Shown: positions 31,501 to 39,667 of the stretch, piece by piece
Layout of the letters: each line of letters begins with the position of its first letter
Numbering within the stretch: position 1 is the stretch's first letter
Source of the DNA: Gammaproteobacteria bacterium 50_400_T64
GTDB lineage: Bacteria; Pseudomonadota; Gammaproteobacteria; Pseudomonadales; Porticoccaceae
Assembly (NCBI GenBank): GCA_002162755.1
Contig: MAAS01000016.1
Span: 20,506 to 84,505 of the forward strand
DNA length: 64,000 nucleotides
Reading direction: 5' to 3'
Notes under the pieces: generated by a model
Seen by the model: only the letters and a program-made list of their open reading frames with translations
Told to the model about the DNA's origin: nothing
The model's database searches: none
Program-made: the position numbers and the translations under genes

Positions 31501-33528
31501 ATGGCAATTACATCGAGTGGCATTGGCTCTGGGCTGGATATCGAACTTCTGGTGACTCAGTTGATGGCCGCTGAAAGAGCACCTACGGAAAATCGTTTGG
31601 TTAAACGCTCGACCGAGTTTGCAGGGCAGTTATCGGCTTTTGGCTCCTTGAAAGGGGCCTTGTCGGGTCTTCAGTCCAGCTTGAGTGGTTTGCAACAGCT
31701 GTCGACGTTTGCTGGGCGCAATGCCACGGTGAGTGACGCTGATGTGCTCAGTGCGAGCGCCAGTAATTCAGCGGCGGCAGGTTCTTATGCCATTGAAGTG
31801 AGCCAGTTGGCAAAGGCCCATTCATTAGCGTCTGGCAGTTATACCAGCGCCTCTGATGCGGTCGGTGAAGGTGAGTTGAGTTTTCGTTTCGGCACCACCG
31901 ACTATACCTCGCCCGTTCCCGGCCCTGAATCCTATGATGGCTTCACGGTTAATGCCGATAAGGCTGCAGCGTCGATAACCATCGACAGTTCAAATAACAC
32001 CCTGCAAGGTATACGTGATGCGGTGAATAATGCCGACATAGGCGTTAGTGCCTCCATTATTAATGATGGCAGTGGCTTCCGCCTGCTGTTCGCCTCAACC
32101 GATACGGGCGCAGAAAATAGCCTTGAAGTGTCAGTGACTGAGTCGGGTGCGGCGGGTTTGTCGGCCTTTGAATTTAATGCCTCGTCAAGCAATCTGGATC
32201 AGACAGTGGCAGCACAGGATGCTGCATTTACGGTCAATGGTTTGGCGGTAACCAGCGCTTCGAACAAGGTCAGTGGTGTAGTGAGTGGCCTTGAAATAAC
32301 ATTAAAGTCTGAAACCAGCGGTGTGCCGGTTGAGGTTGATGTTTCCCGGAACTCTGCGTCCATTAAGGGCGCTTTAAACAGTTTTATTGCTTCGTACAAC
32401 GGTTTTATTGATACGACAAATGCCCTCACTAGCTTTGACCCGGCATCGAAAGAGGCCGGTTATTTGCTAGGTGATGCCACGATGCGTGGTATTAGTGGGC
32501 GTTTGCGCAGTGAAATTAATGCTGCAGTGAATGGCGCTGGCGCTTATGACACGCTGGCCAGTATTGGTATTACTACCGATGATAAGGGCAAGCTGGTATT
32601 GAACCAGGCCGCTCTGGATAATGTGCTAGAAGATGATTTTGATGCGCTATCGGCACTCTTTGCCGTGCAGGGGGTGGCCAGTAATAACGGGGTGAACTAT
32701 CTTTCATCGACCGGTGATACGGCCGTTGGTGACTATGGGGTCGTTATTACTCAGGCGGCCAGTCAGGGTGCGAATACGGGCGCAGCAGCCGTGGGTTTTC
32801 CCAACCTGGATATCACGGCACTTAACGATAGCTTTAAGCTAAAAGTGAACGGTATACAAAGTGCCGAGATCTTATTAACGCAGGCGACCTATGCCGACGG
32901 TGATGAACTGGCTGCCGAGTTGCAAAGCCAGATTAACGGTGACGAAACATTTAAGGCGGGCGGGATTAGCGTTGCCGTCAGTTTTGACAGTGCTACGGGT
33001 GCTTTTAGCATTACCTCCAGTCGCTACGGCTCGGGTTCAATTGTTGAGATTACCGAGGTTGATACGGATACCGCTGCGACCTTAGGTTTTAGTGTGTCAG
33101 CGGGCACCGATGGTGTCGATGTTGAGGGCACGATTAACGGCGTCAATGCGACGGGGCTTGGTCAGCGTTTGACCGCAGCCACGGGCTCGGACGCCGAGGG
33201 CCTGTCTTTATTGGTCACGGCGACAACAACAGGTTCATTAGGCACGGTTAATTTTACCCGCGGCCTGGCTGATGGTCTCGATGATTTGCTCGACAACTTT
33301 TTGGGTGCTAATAATATTCTTGAAGTTCGCATCGACGGTTTACAGGACAGAATTGACAGGATTGATGTGGATGGTATTGCCCTGGATCGGCGTATGGAAG
33401 CCATCGAGGTGCGCTACCGTTCCCAGTTCGGCAAGCTCGATGCGCTATTGGCCCAGCTCAACAACACCAGTAACTTTCTGGAAACACAGTTGGCCAATTT
33501 GCCCACGTTCTTTGGTAACAATAAGTGA
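31501..33528 (+). CDS. fliD: Flagellar filament cap protein FliD (HAP2), long form
   Basis: 675 aa. N-terminal 'ITSSGIGSGLDIELLVTQLMAAERAP' and C-terminal 'RMEAIEVRYRSQFGKLDALLAQLNNTSNFL'. Confidence 0.93.
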   Translation: MAITSSGIGSGLDIELLVTQLMAAERAPTENRLVKRSTEFAGQLSAFGSLKGALSGLQSSLSGLQQLSTFAGRNATVSDADVLSASASNSAAAGSYAIEVSQLAKAHSLASGSYTSASDAVGEGELSFRFGTTDYTSPVPGPESYDGFTVNADKAAASITIDSSNNTLQGIRDAVNNADIGVSASIINDGSGFRLLFASTDTGAENSLEVSVTESGAAGLSAFEFNASSSNLDQTVAAQDAAFTVNGLAVTSASNKVSGVVSGLEITLKSETSGVPVEVDVSRNSASIKGALNSFIASYNGFIDTTNALTSFDPASKEAGYLLGDATMRGISGRLRSEINAAVNGAGAYDTLASIGITTDDKGKLVLNQAALDNVLEDDFDALSALFAVQGVASNNGVNYLSSTGDTAVGDYGVVITQAASQGANTGAAAVGFPNLDITALNDSFKLKVNGIQSAEILLTQATYADGDELAAELQSQINGDETFKAGGISVAVSFDSATGAFSITSSRYGSGSIVEITEVDTDTAATLGFSVSAGTDGVDVEGTINGVNATGLGQRLTAATGSDAEGLSLLVTATTTGSLGTVNFTRGLADGLDDLLDNFLGANNILEVRIDGLQDRIDRIDVDGIALDRRMEAIEVRYRSQFGKLDALLAQLNNTSNFLETQLANLPTFFGNNK

Positions 33529-33577
33529 TGATGAATAACAAACCTTTCGTGAAATATACTGCTGAAAAGGCAAAGAA

Positions 33578-33985
33578 ATGAGTATTAATCAGTACCGTAA
33601 AGTGCAGTCGCAAAGTGCCGTTAATGACGCCAGTCCGCATATGTTGATTTCTATGCTATTTCGCGGCGCTCTCGATAATATTGCCGTGGCACGTGGTGCC
33701 ATTGATCGCGGGCAAACGGCATTGAAGGGCGAAAAAATTGGCCGCGCCATTAATATCGTCGATAACTTGCGCTCTTCCCTCGATATGAGTGTCGGTGGCG
33801 AAGTCGCGCAAAATTTGAAGGACCTCTACGATTATATGGAAGGTCGCTTACTGACAGCCAATATGGACGATAGCACGCAGGCTTTGGAAGAGGTTGCCAG
33901 CTTATTGGGTGAAATCGCCCAGGGCTGGAATGCGATGCCTGAAGAATATAAAAAAGCGCCATCAAGACACAGCGAGGCTAGCTGA
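33578..33985 (+). CDS. fliS: Flagellin-specific chaperone FliS
   Basis: 135 aa with 'YRKVQSQSAVNDASPHMLISMLFRGALDNI'. Confidence 0.9.
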   Translation: MSINQYRKVQSQSAVNDASPHMLISMLFRGALDNIAVARGAIDRGQTALKGEKIGRAINIVDNLRSSLDMSVGGEVAQNLKDLYDYMEGRLLTANMDDSTQALEEVASLLGEIAQGWNAMPEEYKKAPSRHSEAS

Positions 33986-34326
33986 TGAGTGATTTGCCGA
34001 TTATCGGAGCCCAGCGCCAGCAGCAACTGCAGGATACTATTGCGCTGTCGAAGAATATGCTTGAAACCGCTGAGCGCGGTGACTGGGAAGGCATTATTGA
34101 GCTGGAAAAGCAGCGCCGTGAAGGCATGATGGCGGGTCTTAAAGAACCCGTTGCTGTCGACGAGGCGGAGGGTGTGAATGACTCTCTGCAAACACTGATG
34201 CAGCTCAATGATCAGCTGACCGGGCTGGTACAGCGAGCCCGCAGTGATAGTGCCCAGCAGTTTGCCGCATTACAGAATGGCCGCAGTGCCGCCAGTGCTT
34301 ATCAGAGTGTTAGCAAGCAGGGCTAG
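33985..34326 (+). CDS. fliT: FliT-like flagellar chaperone
   Basis: 113 aa helical protein, translationally coupled to fliS (TGATG). 'AERGDWEGIIELEKQRREGM' resembles the FliT family. Confidence 0.65.
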   Translation: MSDLPIIGAQRQQQLQDTIALSKNMLETAERGDWEGIIELEKQRREGMMAGLKEPVAVDEAEGVNDSLQTLMQLNDQLTGLVQRARSDSAQQFAALQNGRSAASAYQSVSKQG

Positions 34327-34605
34327 TTAAACGGGCTCTGCTTATGCCTTTATTACCCGCGTCCATTTCTCTTATTTGGATGCTGGCTAGTCTGCCATTT
34401 CTATTGTTTTTTGGTTCTATTTTTTAGCCTTCAATAACTTCATCTTTTTTATTGCAAATAGACCCCTTGGGCCTCATTCTTAGGGCAGGTGCTGGTTTTT
34501 TGACGCTTTGTACTTTCGTCAATATGCGCTTGTCGATGCTTATAAAAAGTAGTGGGTAATCACTGTTTAATTTAATTGTCTGCGGGTCGGGAGCTTAGTC
34601 GCGCT

Positions 34606-35169
34606 ATGGAGAACAAAGACACTTTTTTTCAGGGCTTGTATTACGAAAGTCATATTTCTCTGGTTTGGCAGACTGTGGATTCCCTGCCCAGTGATAATGA
34701 ACTGGTGAAAATTAACGAAGATAACAGTCGTTTCCTCAAGGCCCTGGCGGCATTGAATGAAGGCGCACCCGAGGCGGGTGAGGAGCTTCCACAGACGACA
34801 GCTGAGTTACAGCGTCTCGACCTAAAATTAAACTTGTTACTCGAAATGGTCGGTCAGCTACTCGCCAGTCAACGTGCTTTGCCCGCGCCGACGACAGTGC
34901 GTTTGGGGCATGCCGCTATCGAGTGGGTGGCGCAGGATTACCCGCCCTCGGGCGCGCAAATTTGTATTGAGCTGTACCTGCGCAGTGAATTGCCATCACC
35001 GCTGAAGTTTCATGGGGTAGCGGTATTGGCTGATCCTGAGGATGGCTCGGTGAGTACTCGCAAGCGCGTGCAGGTGCGCTTTGTCGGGCTTAACTCTGCC
35101 CTACAGGATGATTTGGAAAAATTTATTTTTAGGCGTCATCGCCGCAGTATTGCCCAGCGCCAAGGCTAA
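34606..35169 (+). CDS. Non-canonical PilZ-like protein (PilZ_2/XCC6012-type suspected). No RxxxR or DxSxxG motifs.
   Basis: 187 aa from ATG 34606; the ORF track extends to TTG 34576. Central amphipathic helix 'LQRLDLKLNLLLEMVGQLLASQ', then a beta-rich region, then C-terminal 'LEKFIFRRHRRSIA'. These features match what I remember of atypical tetrameric PilZ proteins. The CDS itself is solid. The family call is tentative. Confidence 0.55.
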   Translation: MENKDTFFQGLYYESHISLVWQTVDSLPSDNELVKINEDNSRFLKALAALNEGAPEAGEELPQTTAELQRLDLKLNLLLEMVGQLLASQRALPAPTTVRLGHAAIEWVAQDYPPSGAQICIELYLRSELPSPLKFHGVAVLADPEDGSVSTRKRVQVRFVGLNSALQDDLEKFIFRRHRRSIAQRQG

Positions 35170-35240
35170 TAGCGGTTTCAACAGCCTGCCAGATGATTGG
35201 CTGATAAGGGTCGTTTGATCAAATATGAAGAGGAATACGT

Positions 35241-36350
35241 GTGGCGCTTGATGTGAATGACCATCCCGATACGAATCGCCCTAAGGCGAGAGTCCAGCAG
35301 CACCGCCTGGTCGGTGAAAATAGTGGTATGCAGCAGGTCAAGCGCTTGATCGAGCAAGTTGCCCACAGTGATGCCACGGTGTTGATTCTTGGTGAATCGG
35401 GTACCGGCAAAGAAGTGGTTGCCCAGGCCCTGCATCAGCAGTCTTTGCGCGCCCGGCGTCCTTTTGTGCCGGTGAACTGCGGGGCTATCCCGCCCGATTT
35501 ATTGGAATCTGAGTTGTTCGGCCATGAAAAGGGGGCCTTTACCGGAGCGATTACCGCACGGCAGGGGCGCTTTGAATTGGCGGAGGGAGGCACGCTATTT
35601 CTCGATGAAATTGGCGATATGTCACTGGAAATGCAGGTAAAACTACTGCGCGTGTTACAGGAAAAGTCCTTTGAACGGGTTGGCGGGAGTAAGACCATTC
35701 ACTCTGATGTGCGAGTGATTGCCGCCACGCATCACAATCTTGAGGAGCGGGTCGGCGAGGGTGAATTTCGCCTTGACCTGTTTTACCGGCTGAATGTTTT
35801 CCCCATTGAAGTACCGCCGCTGCGGGATCGCTGTGATGATATTCCTCTATTGGTGAAATATACGGCAGACCGTTTACAGCGGGGAGGGCAGCCAGTCGTG
35901 CAGTTCAGTACCGATGCCCTGTCTGCCCTCGCCGGTTATACCTGGCCAGGTAATGTGCGCGAGCTGGCGAATTTGGTGGAACGTTTAAATATTCTCTATC
36001 CCGGCCAGCAGGTGCATGCGAGGGATTTGCCGGAGAAGTATTGTGGCAATGTCGAGTGGGCTGTGGGCAGTGTCGATAGCGAAGCGGCAGAAGAGGCCAT
36101 GCTGGCTGACATTGGCGTTGAAGAGCGCAGTATGCCCTTGTCGTCCCCTCGGGCCTTGTTGGGTGGTGAGGGGCTCGACCTGAAAGATTACCTGCACCAG
36201 GTCGAGGAAGACTTGATTCGCCAGGCCCTCGACGATAGCGATTGGGTGGTGGCTCGGGCGGCTAAGCTACTGAAACTGCAGCGCACAACCCTGGTTGAGA
36301 AGATTCGTAAATTTGACATTTCCCGCTCTGGCGTCGCGTCGGATTTTTGA
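35241..36350 (+). CDS. fleQ: Sigma-54-dependent flagellar master regulator, FleQ/FlrA orthologue lacking the N-terminal receiver-like domain
   Basis: 369 aa with a GTG start behind SD AGAGGA. The AAA+ core starts about 25 aa in ('[37 protein letters not shown]'). Contains the GAFTGA loop ('HEKGAFTGA'), '[15 protein letters not shown]', and C-terminal HTH '[23 protein letters not shown]'. It sits upstream of fleSR. Confidence 0.88.
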   Translation: MALDVNDHPDTNRPKARVQQHRLVGENSGMQQVKRLIEQVAHSDATVLILGESGTGKEVVAQALHQQSLRARRPFVPVNCGAIPPDLLESELFGHEKGAFTGAITARQGRFELAEGGTLFLDEIGDMSLEMQVKLLRVLQEKSFERVGGSKTIHSDVRVIAATHHNLEERVGEGEFRLDLFYRLNVFPIEVPPLRDRCDDIPLLVKYTADRLQRGGQPVVQFSTDALSALAGYTWPGNVRELANLVERLNILYPGQQVHARDLPEKYCGNVEWAVGSVDSEAAEEAMLADIGVEERSMPLSSPRALLGGEGLDLKDYLHQVEEDLIRQALDDSDWVVARAAKLLKLQRTTLVEKIRKFDISRSGVASDF

Positions 36351-36351
36351 C
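36304..36351. promoter_or_regulatory. Two FleQ-box-like elements forming a candidate upstream activating sequence (UAS) for the fleS sigma-54 promoter
   Basis: The distal box is TTCGtaaattTGAC (36304-36317). The proximal box is GTCGgattttTGAC(GT) (36338-36351), which overlaps the fleQ stop codon. The proximal box centre lies exactly 60 nt upstream of the -24 GG. Confidence 0.5.
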
Positions 36352-36402
36352 GTTGCGCTAGTTTGTCTTTGTAAGCTAATGAAATATAAGTAAAATAATT
36401 AT

Positions 36403-36418
36403 AGGCATAGTTGTTGCT
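36403..36418 (+). promoter_or_regulatory. Sigma-54 promoter of fleSR
   Basis: AGGCATagttgTTGCT has GG-N10-GC spacing. It shares GGCATAGTT with the fliL promoter. It lies 46 nt upstream of the fleS ATG. Confidence 0.7.
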
Positions 36419-36463
36419 TAATGACTTTACGGCATCTTAATTTGCACCGTAAATCAGCAGGGC

Positions 36464-37795
36464 ATGACAGCTATGGCACAGGCAGCGCAAACCACAGAAC
36501 AACTGGAAAAGGTTTTCGAAACGTTTAATCGCGTTTCTGAAGAGCTTGATACCAGCTATCGCGTGCTGCAGGTGAGAGTGGGCACCTTAACGCAGGAGTT
36601 GGCTGAAGCCCGCTCTCAGCGTTTGCAGGAGCTGGCCGAGAAAGAACGTTTGGCCAATCGTTTGGCGCTGCTAATGAGTGAGCTGCCTGGCGGCGTTCTT
36701 GTTGTCGATGACAGCGGTGTTATTACCCAGGCTAACGCGGCCGCTGAAACCTTTTTTCAACAGGCGGGTGGTGACACTCGGCCTGTTCGCGCCTTTGATA
36801 CAAAACAATCTCTGCTCGGCAAGGCCTGGCCTTTGCTTATTTCACAAGCCAGCCGTGATGGTTGTGCGAGTGAAAACGCGACGGAGCTATTACTGGGCAA
36901 CGGTCGACGTTTGTCGGTCAGCCGTCAGCCCCTGTCCGACGCCAATGAAGAGCTTATTTTACTCACCGATACAACGCGCCTGCACGACCTGCAGGAAACG
37001 GTCAGCCGCGATAAGCGCCTCTCCGCCCTGGGTGAAATGGCCGCTCGTCTGGCTCACCAAATTCGTACGCCGCTAAGTTCTGCTCTGCTCTACGTTTCCC
37101 ATCTCGCTCGGCCCTCTGCAACGGTTGCCGAGCGTGAGCGGGTATCTGCCAAAGTCGTTGACAGCCTGCGCCACATGGAAGGGCTGGTAAACAGCATGCT
37201 CACTTTTGTCCGCGGTGGCCCCGTGGTATTTGAGACCATTGAGCTGCATAGTTTTAGCGATGAACTGTTGGGCTTGATTGAGCCTCTCGTTAACACCTCG
37301 GGTGGGTTGCTGAATACCGAAGTGACACTGGGTCGTGGCGATAAAACGATAGAAGGTGATCGGGATGAGCTGATCGGTGCGGTGTTGAATTTAGTCAACA
37401 ACGCGATTGATGTTGCCGATAAAACCCTTTGTCTCGATATCAGTATAAGGACGGCGGGCGGAGCGCTACACATTAGCGTTGCCGATAACGGCCCCGGCGT
37501 GGACGCTGATATTCGCGAGCGTATTTTTGATCCCTTCTTCACCACTCGGGTGAAGGGCACCGGTTTGGGCCTGGCGGTAGTGGCGATGACGGTGCGCAGT
37601 CATGGCGGAAAGATCAGCCTTGATACCCGCGCTGATGGTGCCACCGTATTTTGTCTGAAATTACCCTTGCTGGACACCGGTGCCGGTGAGCCGGTGGCTG
37701 AGCAGCCAAGCCCTGAAAGTACACAAATAGCCCTGTTCGATAATTCTGTATCCCTTGAGCAAACTGTGCAAGGTGTTAGTGGAGGCCTGTTATGA
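36464..37795 (+). CDS. fleS: Cytoplasmic PAS sensor histidine kinase FleS/FlrB
   Basis: 443 aa with no TM segments. H-box 'LAHQIRTPLSS', N-box 'NLVNNAID', G-boxes 'DNGPGV' and 'GTGLGLA'. Confidence 0.88.
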   Translation: MTAMAQAAQTTEQLEKVFETFNRVSEELDTSYRVLQVRVGTLTQELAEARSQRLQELAEKERLANRLALLMSELPGGVLVVDDSGVITQANAAAETFFQQAGGDTRPVRAFDTKQSLLGKAWPLLISQASRDGCASENATELLLGNGRRLSVSRQPLSDANEELILLTDTTRLHDLQETVSRDKRLSALGEMAARLAHQIRTPLSSALLYVSHLARPSATVAERERVSAKVVDSLRHMEGLVNSMLTFVRGGPVVFETIELHSFSDELLGLIEPLVNTSGGLLNTEVTLGRGDKTIEGDRDELIGAVLNLVNNAIDVADKTLCLDISIRTAGGALHISVADNGPGVDADIRERIFDPFFTTRVKGTGLGLAVVAMTVRSHGGKISLDTRADGATVFCLKLPLLDTGAGEPVAEQPSPESTQIALFDNSVSLEQTVQGVSGGLL

Positions 37796-39168
37796 GTAAA
37801 AATGGTTTAACAATTCTGGTGGTCGAGGATGACGATCTGTTGCGTGAGGCGCTCTGCGATACGCTGACGTTTGCCGGTTACAGCGTTAAATTTGCTTGCG
37901 ATGGTGTCGAAGCGCTCACCCTGCTGCACCGTCAGTCAGTTGACCTGGTGGTCAGCGATGTGCAAATGGCCGCGATGGATGGCCACGCTTTGTTGCAGAA
38001 TATAAAGCGCACCTGGCCGAATTTGCCCGTGGTGATGATGACTGCGTTTGGCTGTGTCGAAAAGGCCGTTGAGGCGATGCGCGATGGTGCCGCTGATTAC
38101 TTAATCAAGCCTTTCGAAGCTGAAGTGCTGATTGAAATGGTGAGCCGCTTTGCCATCGCGAAAGGTGACGCTGGTGGGGCTGAAATGATTGCCGAGGACC
38201 CAAAGGCACAACAGATTGTTGAGTTGGCGCGTCGGGTTGCGGCATCGGACGCGACCGTCATGTTGAGTGGTGAGTCGGGCACCGGTAAAGAAGTGCTGGC
38301 GCGTTTTATTCACGATAATTCTGCCCGTAGTGATGGCCCTTTTGTGGCGATCAACTGTGCGGCCCTACCAGAAACCATGCTGGAATCGATTCTCTTCGGT
38401 TACGAAAAGGGTGCATTTACCGGTGCTCATCAAGCGCGGGCGGGTAAGTTTGAACAGGCTCAGGGTGGCACGTTGCTACTCGATGAAATTTCGGAAATGG
38501 ATGTCGCCCTACAGGCCAAACTGTTGCGTGTATTGCAGGAGCGAGAAGTCGAACGTCTCGGCGGTAAAGGTGCTATTGCCCTCGATGTGCGGGTGCTGGC
38601 AACGACCAACCGAGACCTGCGAGGTGAAGTAACCGCCGGACGTTTTCGCGAAGATTTGTTTTATCGCTTGAATGTATTCCCCATCCCCCTCGCTCCTTTG
38701 CGTGAACGCCGGGGCGATATCTTGCCTCTGGTGCGCCGCTTTGTGGATGAGCAAAGCGCCGATGGCCAGTCGGTGAGCCTGTCTGCCGGGGCGGAGAAAA
38801 TACTGCAAGCCTATGCCTGGCCGGGCAATATTCGCGAATTACACAATGTGGTGCAGCGCGCCATGATTTTGCTTTCTGGCGAAACTTTGAACGAGGCTGA
38901 TATTTTTCTCGAAGATCCGGGCAGTAATTTGTCGGTACTGCCGGTCGCCGGTGTTGCTGAAACAGCAGACGAGGCTCTCGATGGCTCGGCACTGGAAAAC
39001 GATCTGCGCGGTCATGAGCAGCAAATTATTGTCGATGCCCTGAAAGCCGAGCGTGGTCGACGCAAGGAAACAGCCGAACGCCTGGGTATTAGCCCGCGAA
39101 CTTTGCGTTACAAATTGGCCAAGTTACGCGACGAGGGTATTAGCCTGCCGGGGCTGTACGGCACTTAA
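37792..39168 (+). CDS. fleR: Sigma-54-dependent response regulator FleR/FlrC
   Basis: 458 aa. REC domain ('[14 protein letters not shown]'), AAA+ core ('GESGTGKEV', 'EKGAFTGA'), and a C-terminal HTH. Its start forms an ATGA overlap with fleS. Confidence 0.92.
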   Translation: MSKNGLTILVVEDDDLLREALCDTLTFAGYSVKFACDGVEALTLLHRQSVDLVVSDVQMAAMDGHALLQNIKRTWPNLPVVMMTAFGCVEKAVEAMRDGAADYLIKPFEAEVLIEMVSRFAIAKGDAGGAEMIAEDPKAQQIVELARRVAASDATVMLSGESGTGKEVLARFIHDNSARSDGPFVAINCAALPETMLESILFGYEKGAFTGAHQARAGKFEQAQGGTLLLDEISEMDVALQAKLLRVLQEREVERLGGKGAIALDVRVLATTNRDLRGEVTAGRFREDLFYRLNVFPIPLAPLRERRGDILPLVRRFVDEQSADGQSVSLSAGAEKILQAYAWPGNIRELHNVVQRAMILLSGETLNEADIFLEDPGSNLSVLPVAGVAETADEALDGSALENDLRGHEQQIIVDALKAERGRRKETAERLGISPRTLRYKLAKLRDEGISLPGLYGT

Positions 39169-39234
39169 GGACAATAGCGTCAGCGCTAGTTTTAGCAAAG
39201 ACAGGTTAAATAAGTAGATATTGAGGAATAAACA

Positions 39235-39561
39235 ATGAGCCAGGTAGCGATCAATCAAGTGTTATCTCAGATGCGTGTACTCGAAGCGGCAGCGAAGTCG
39301 GGTGGAGAAGCAGGCATTGATGGTGTGACCGGTGGTGGCAGTGAATTTGGCAAAATGCTCACCGCCTCTATTGATAAAGCTAACGAGTCGCAAAACCTGG
39401 CGGGTGATTTGAAAGAAGCCTTCACGCGGGGTGACGAGGGGGTGGAGTTGCCTCAGGTGATGGTCGCGTTGCAGGAGGCGAGTATCTCCTTTCAGGCAAT
39501 GACCCAGGTGCGTAATAAGTTGTTATCCGCCTATCAAGACATTATGAATATGCCGGTATAA
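39235..39561 (+). CDS. fliE: Flagellar hook-basal body protein FliE
   Basis: 108 aa with C-terminal 'MVALQEASISFQAMTQVRNKLLSAYQDIMNMPV'. Confidence 0.9.
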   Translation: MSQVAINQVLSQMRVLEAAAKSGGEAGIDGVTGGGSEFGKMLTASIDKANESQNLAGDLKEAFTRGDEGVELPQVMVALQEASISFQAMTQVRNKLLSAYQDIMNMPV

Positions 39562-39667
39562 ATGAATTTAATCATGAATACTGATGCTGTGAGTCCGCTT
39601 GGGAAAGACACGAATATGATCATTTATAGTCAGAATATCGAGAGAATATGCGGGGGAGTAAGCTGAA

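Noticed and set aside
35170-35240. The idea that fleQ is a pseudogene or frameshifted fusion whose N-terminal domain is encoded by the upstream 187-aa ORF
   Set aside because: The upstream protein shows no resemblance to the FleQ/REC fold (no beta-alpha receiver pattern). It ends with its own stop and is in a different frame. fleQ has its own SD plus GTG, and its AAA+ and HTH domains are intact. I therefore treat the two as separate genes.
39031-39110. Possible FleQ-like box (GTCGatgcccTGAA) and sigma-54-like element (TGGgtattagcccGC) for fliE inside the 3' end of fleR
   Set aside because: The box has a mismatch and a GC-rich spacer, unlike the other sites. The -12 region lacks the TTGC context. 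I found no convincing independent fliE promoter, so fliE may be co-transcribed with fleSR.
39562-39666. 34-codon ORF (MNLIMNTDAVSPLGKDTNMIIYSQNIERICGGVS) that exactly fills the fliE-fliF gap
   Set aside because: There is no SD upstream of its ATG, which abuts the fliE TAA. Its frame differs from fliF, so it is not an N-terminal extension. It has no recognisable features. It would only be worth revisiting if Ribo-seq data exist.
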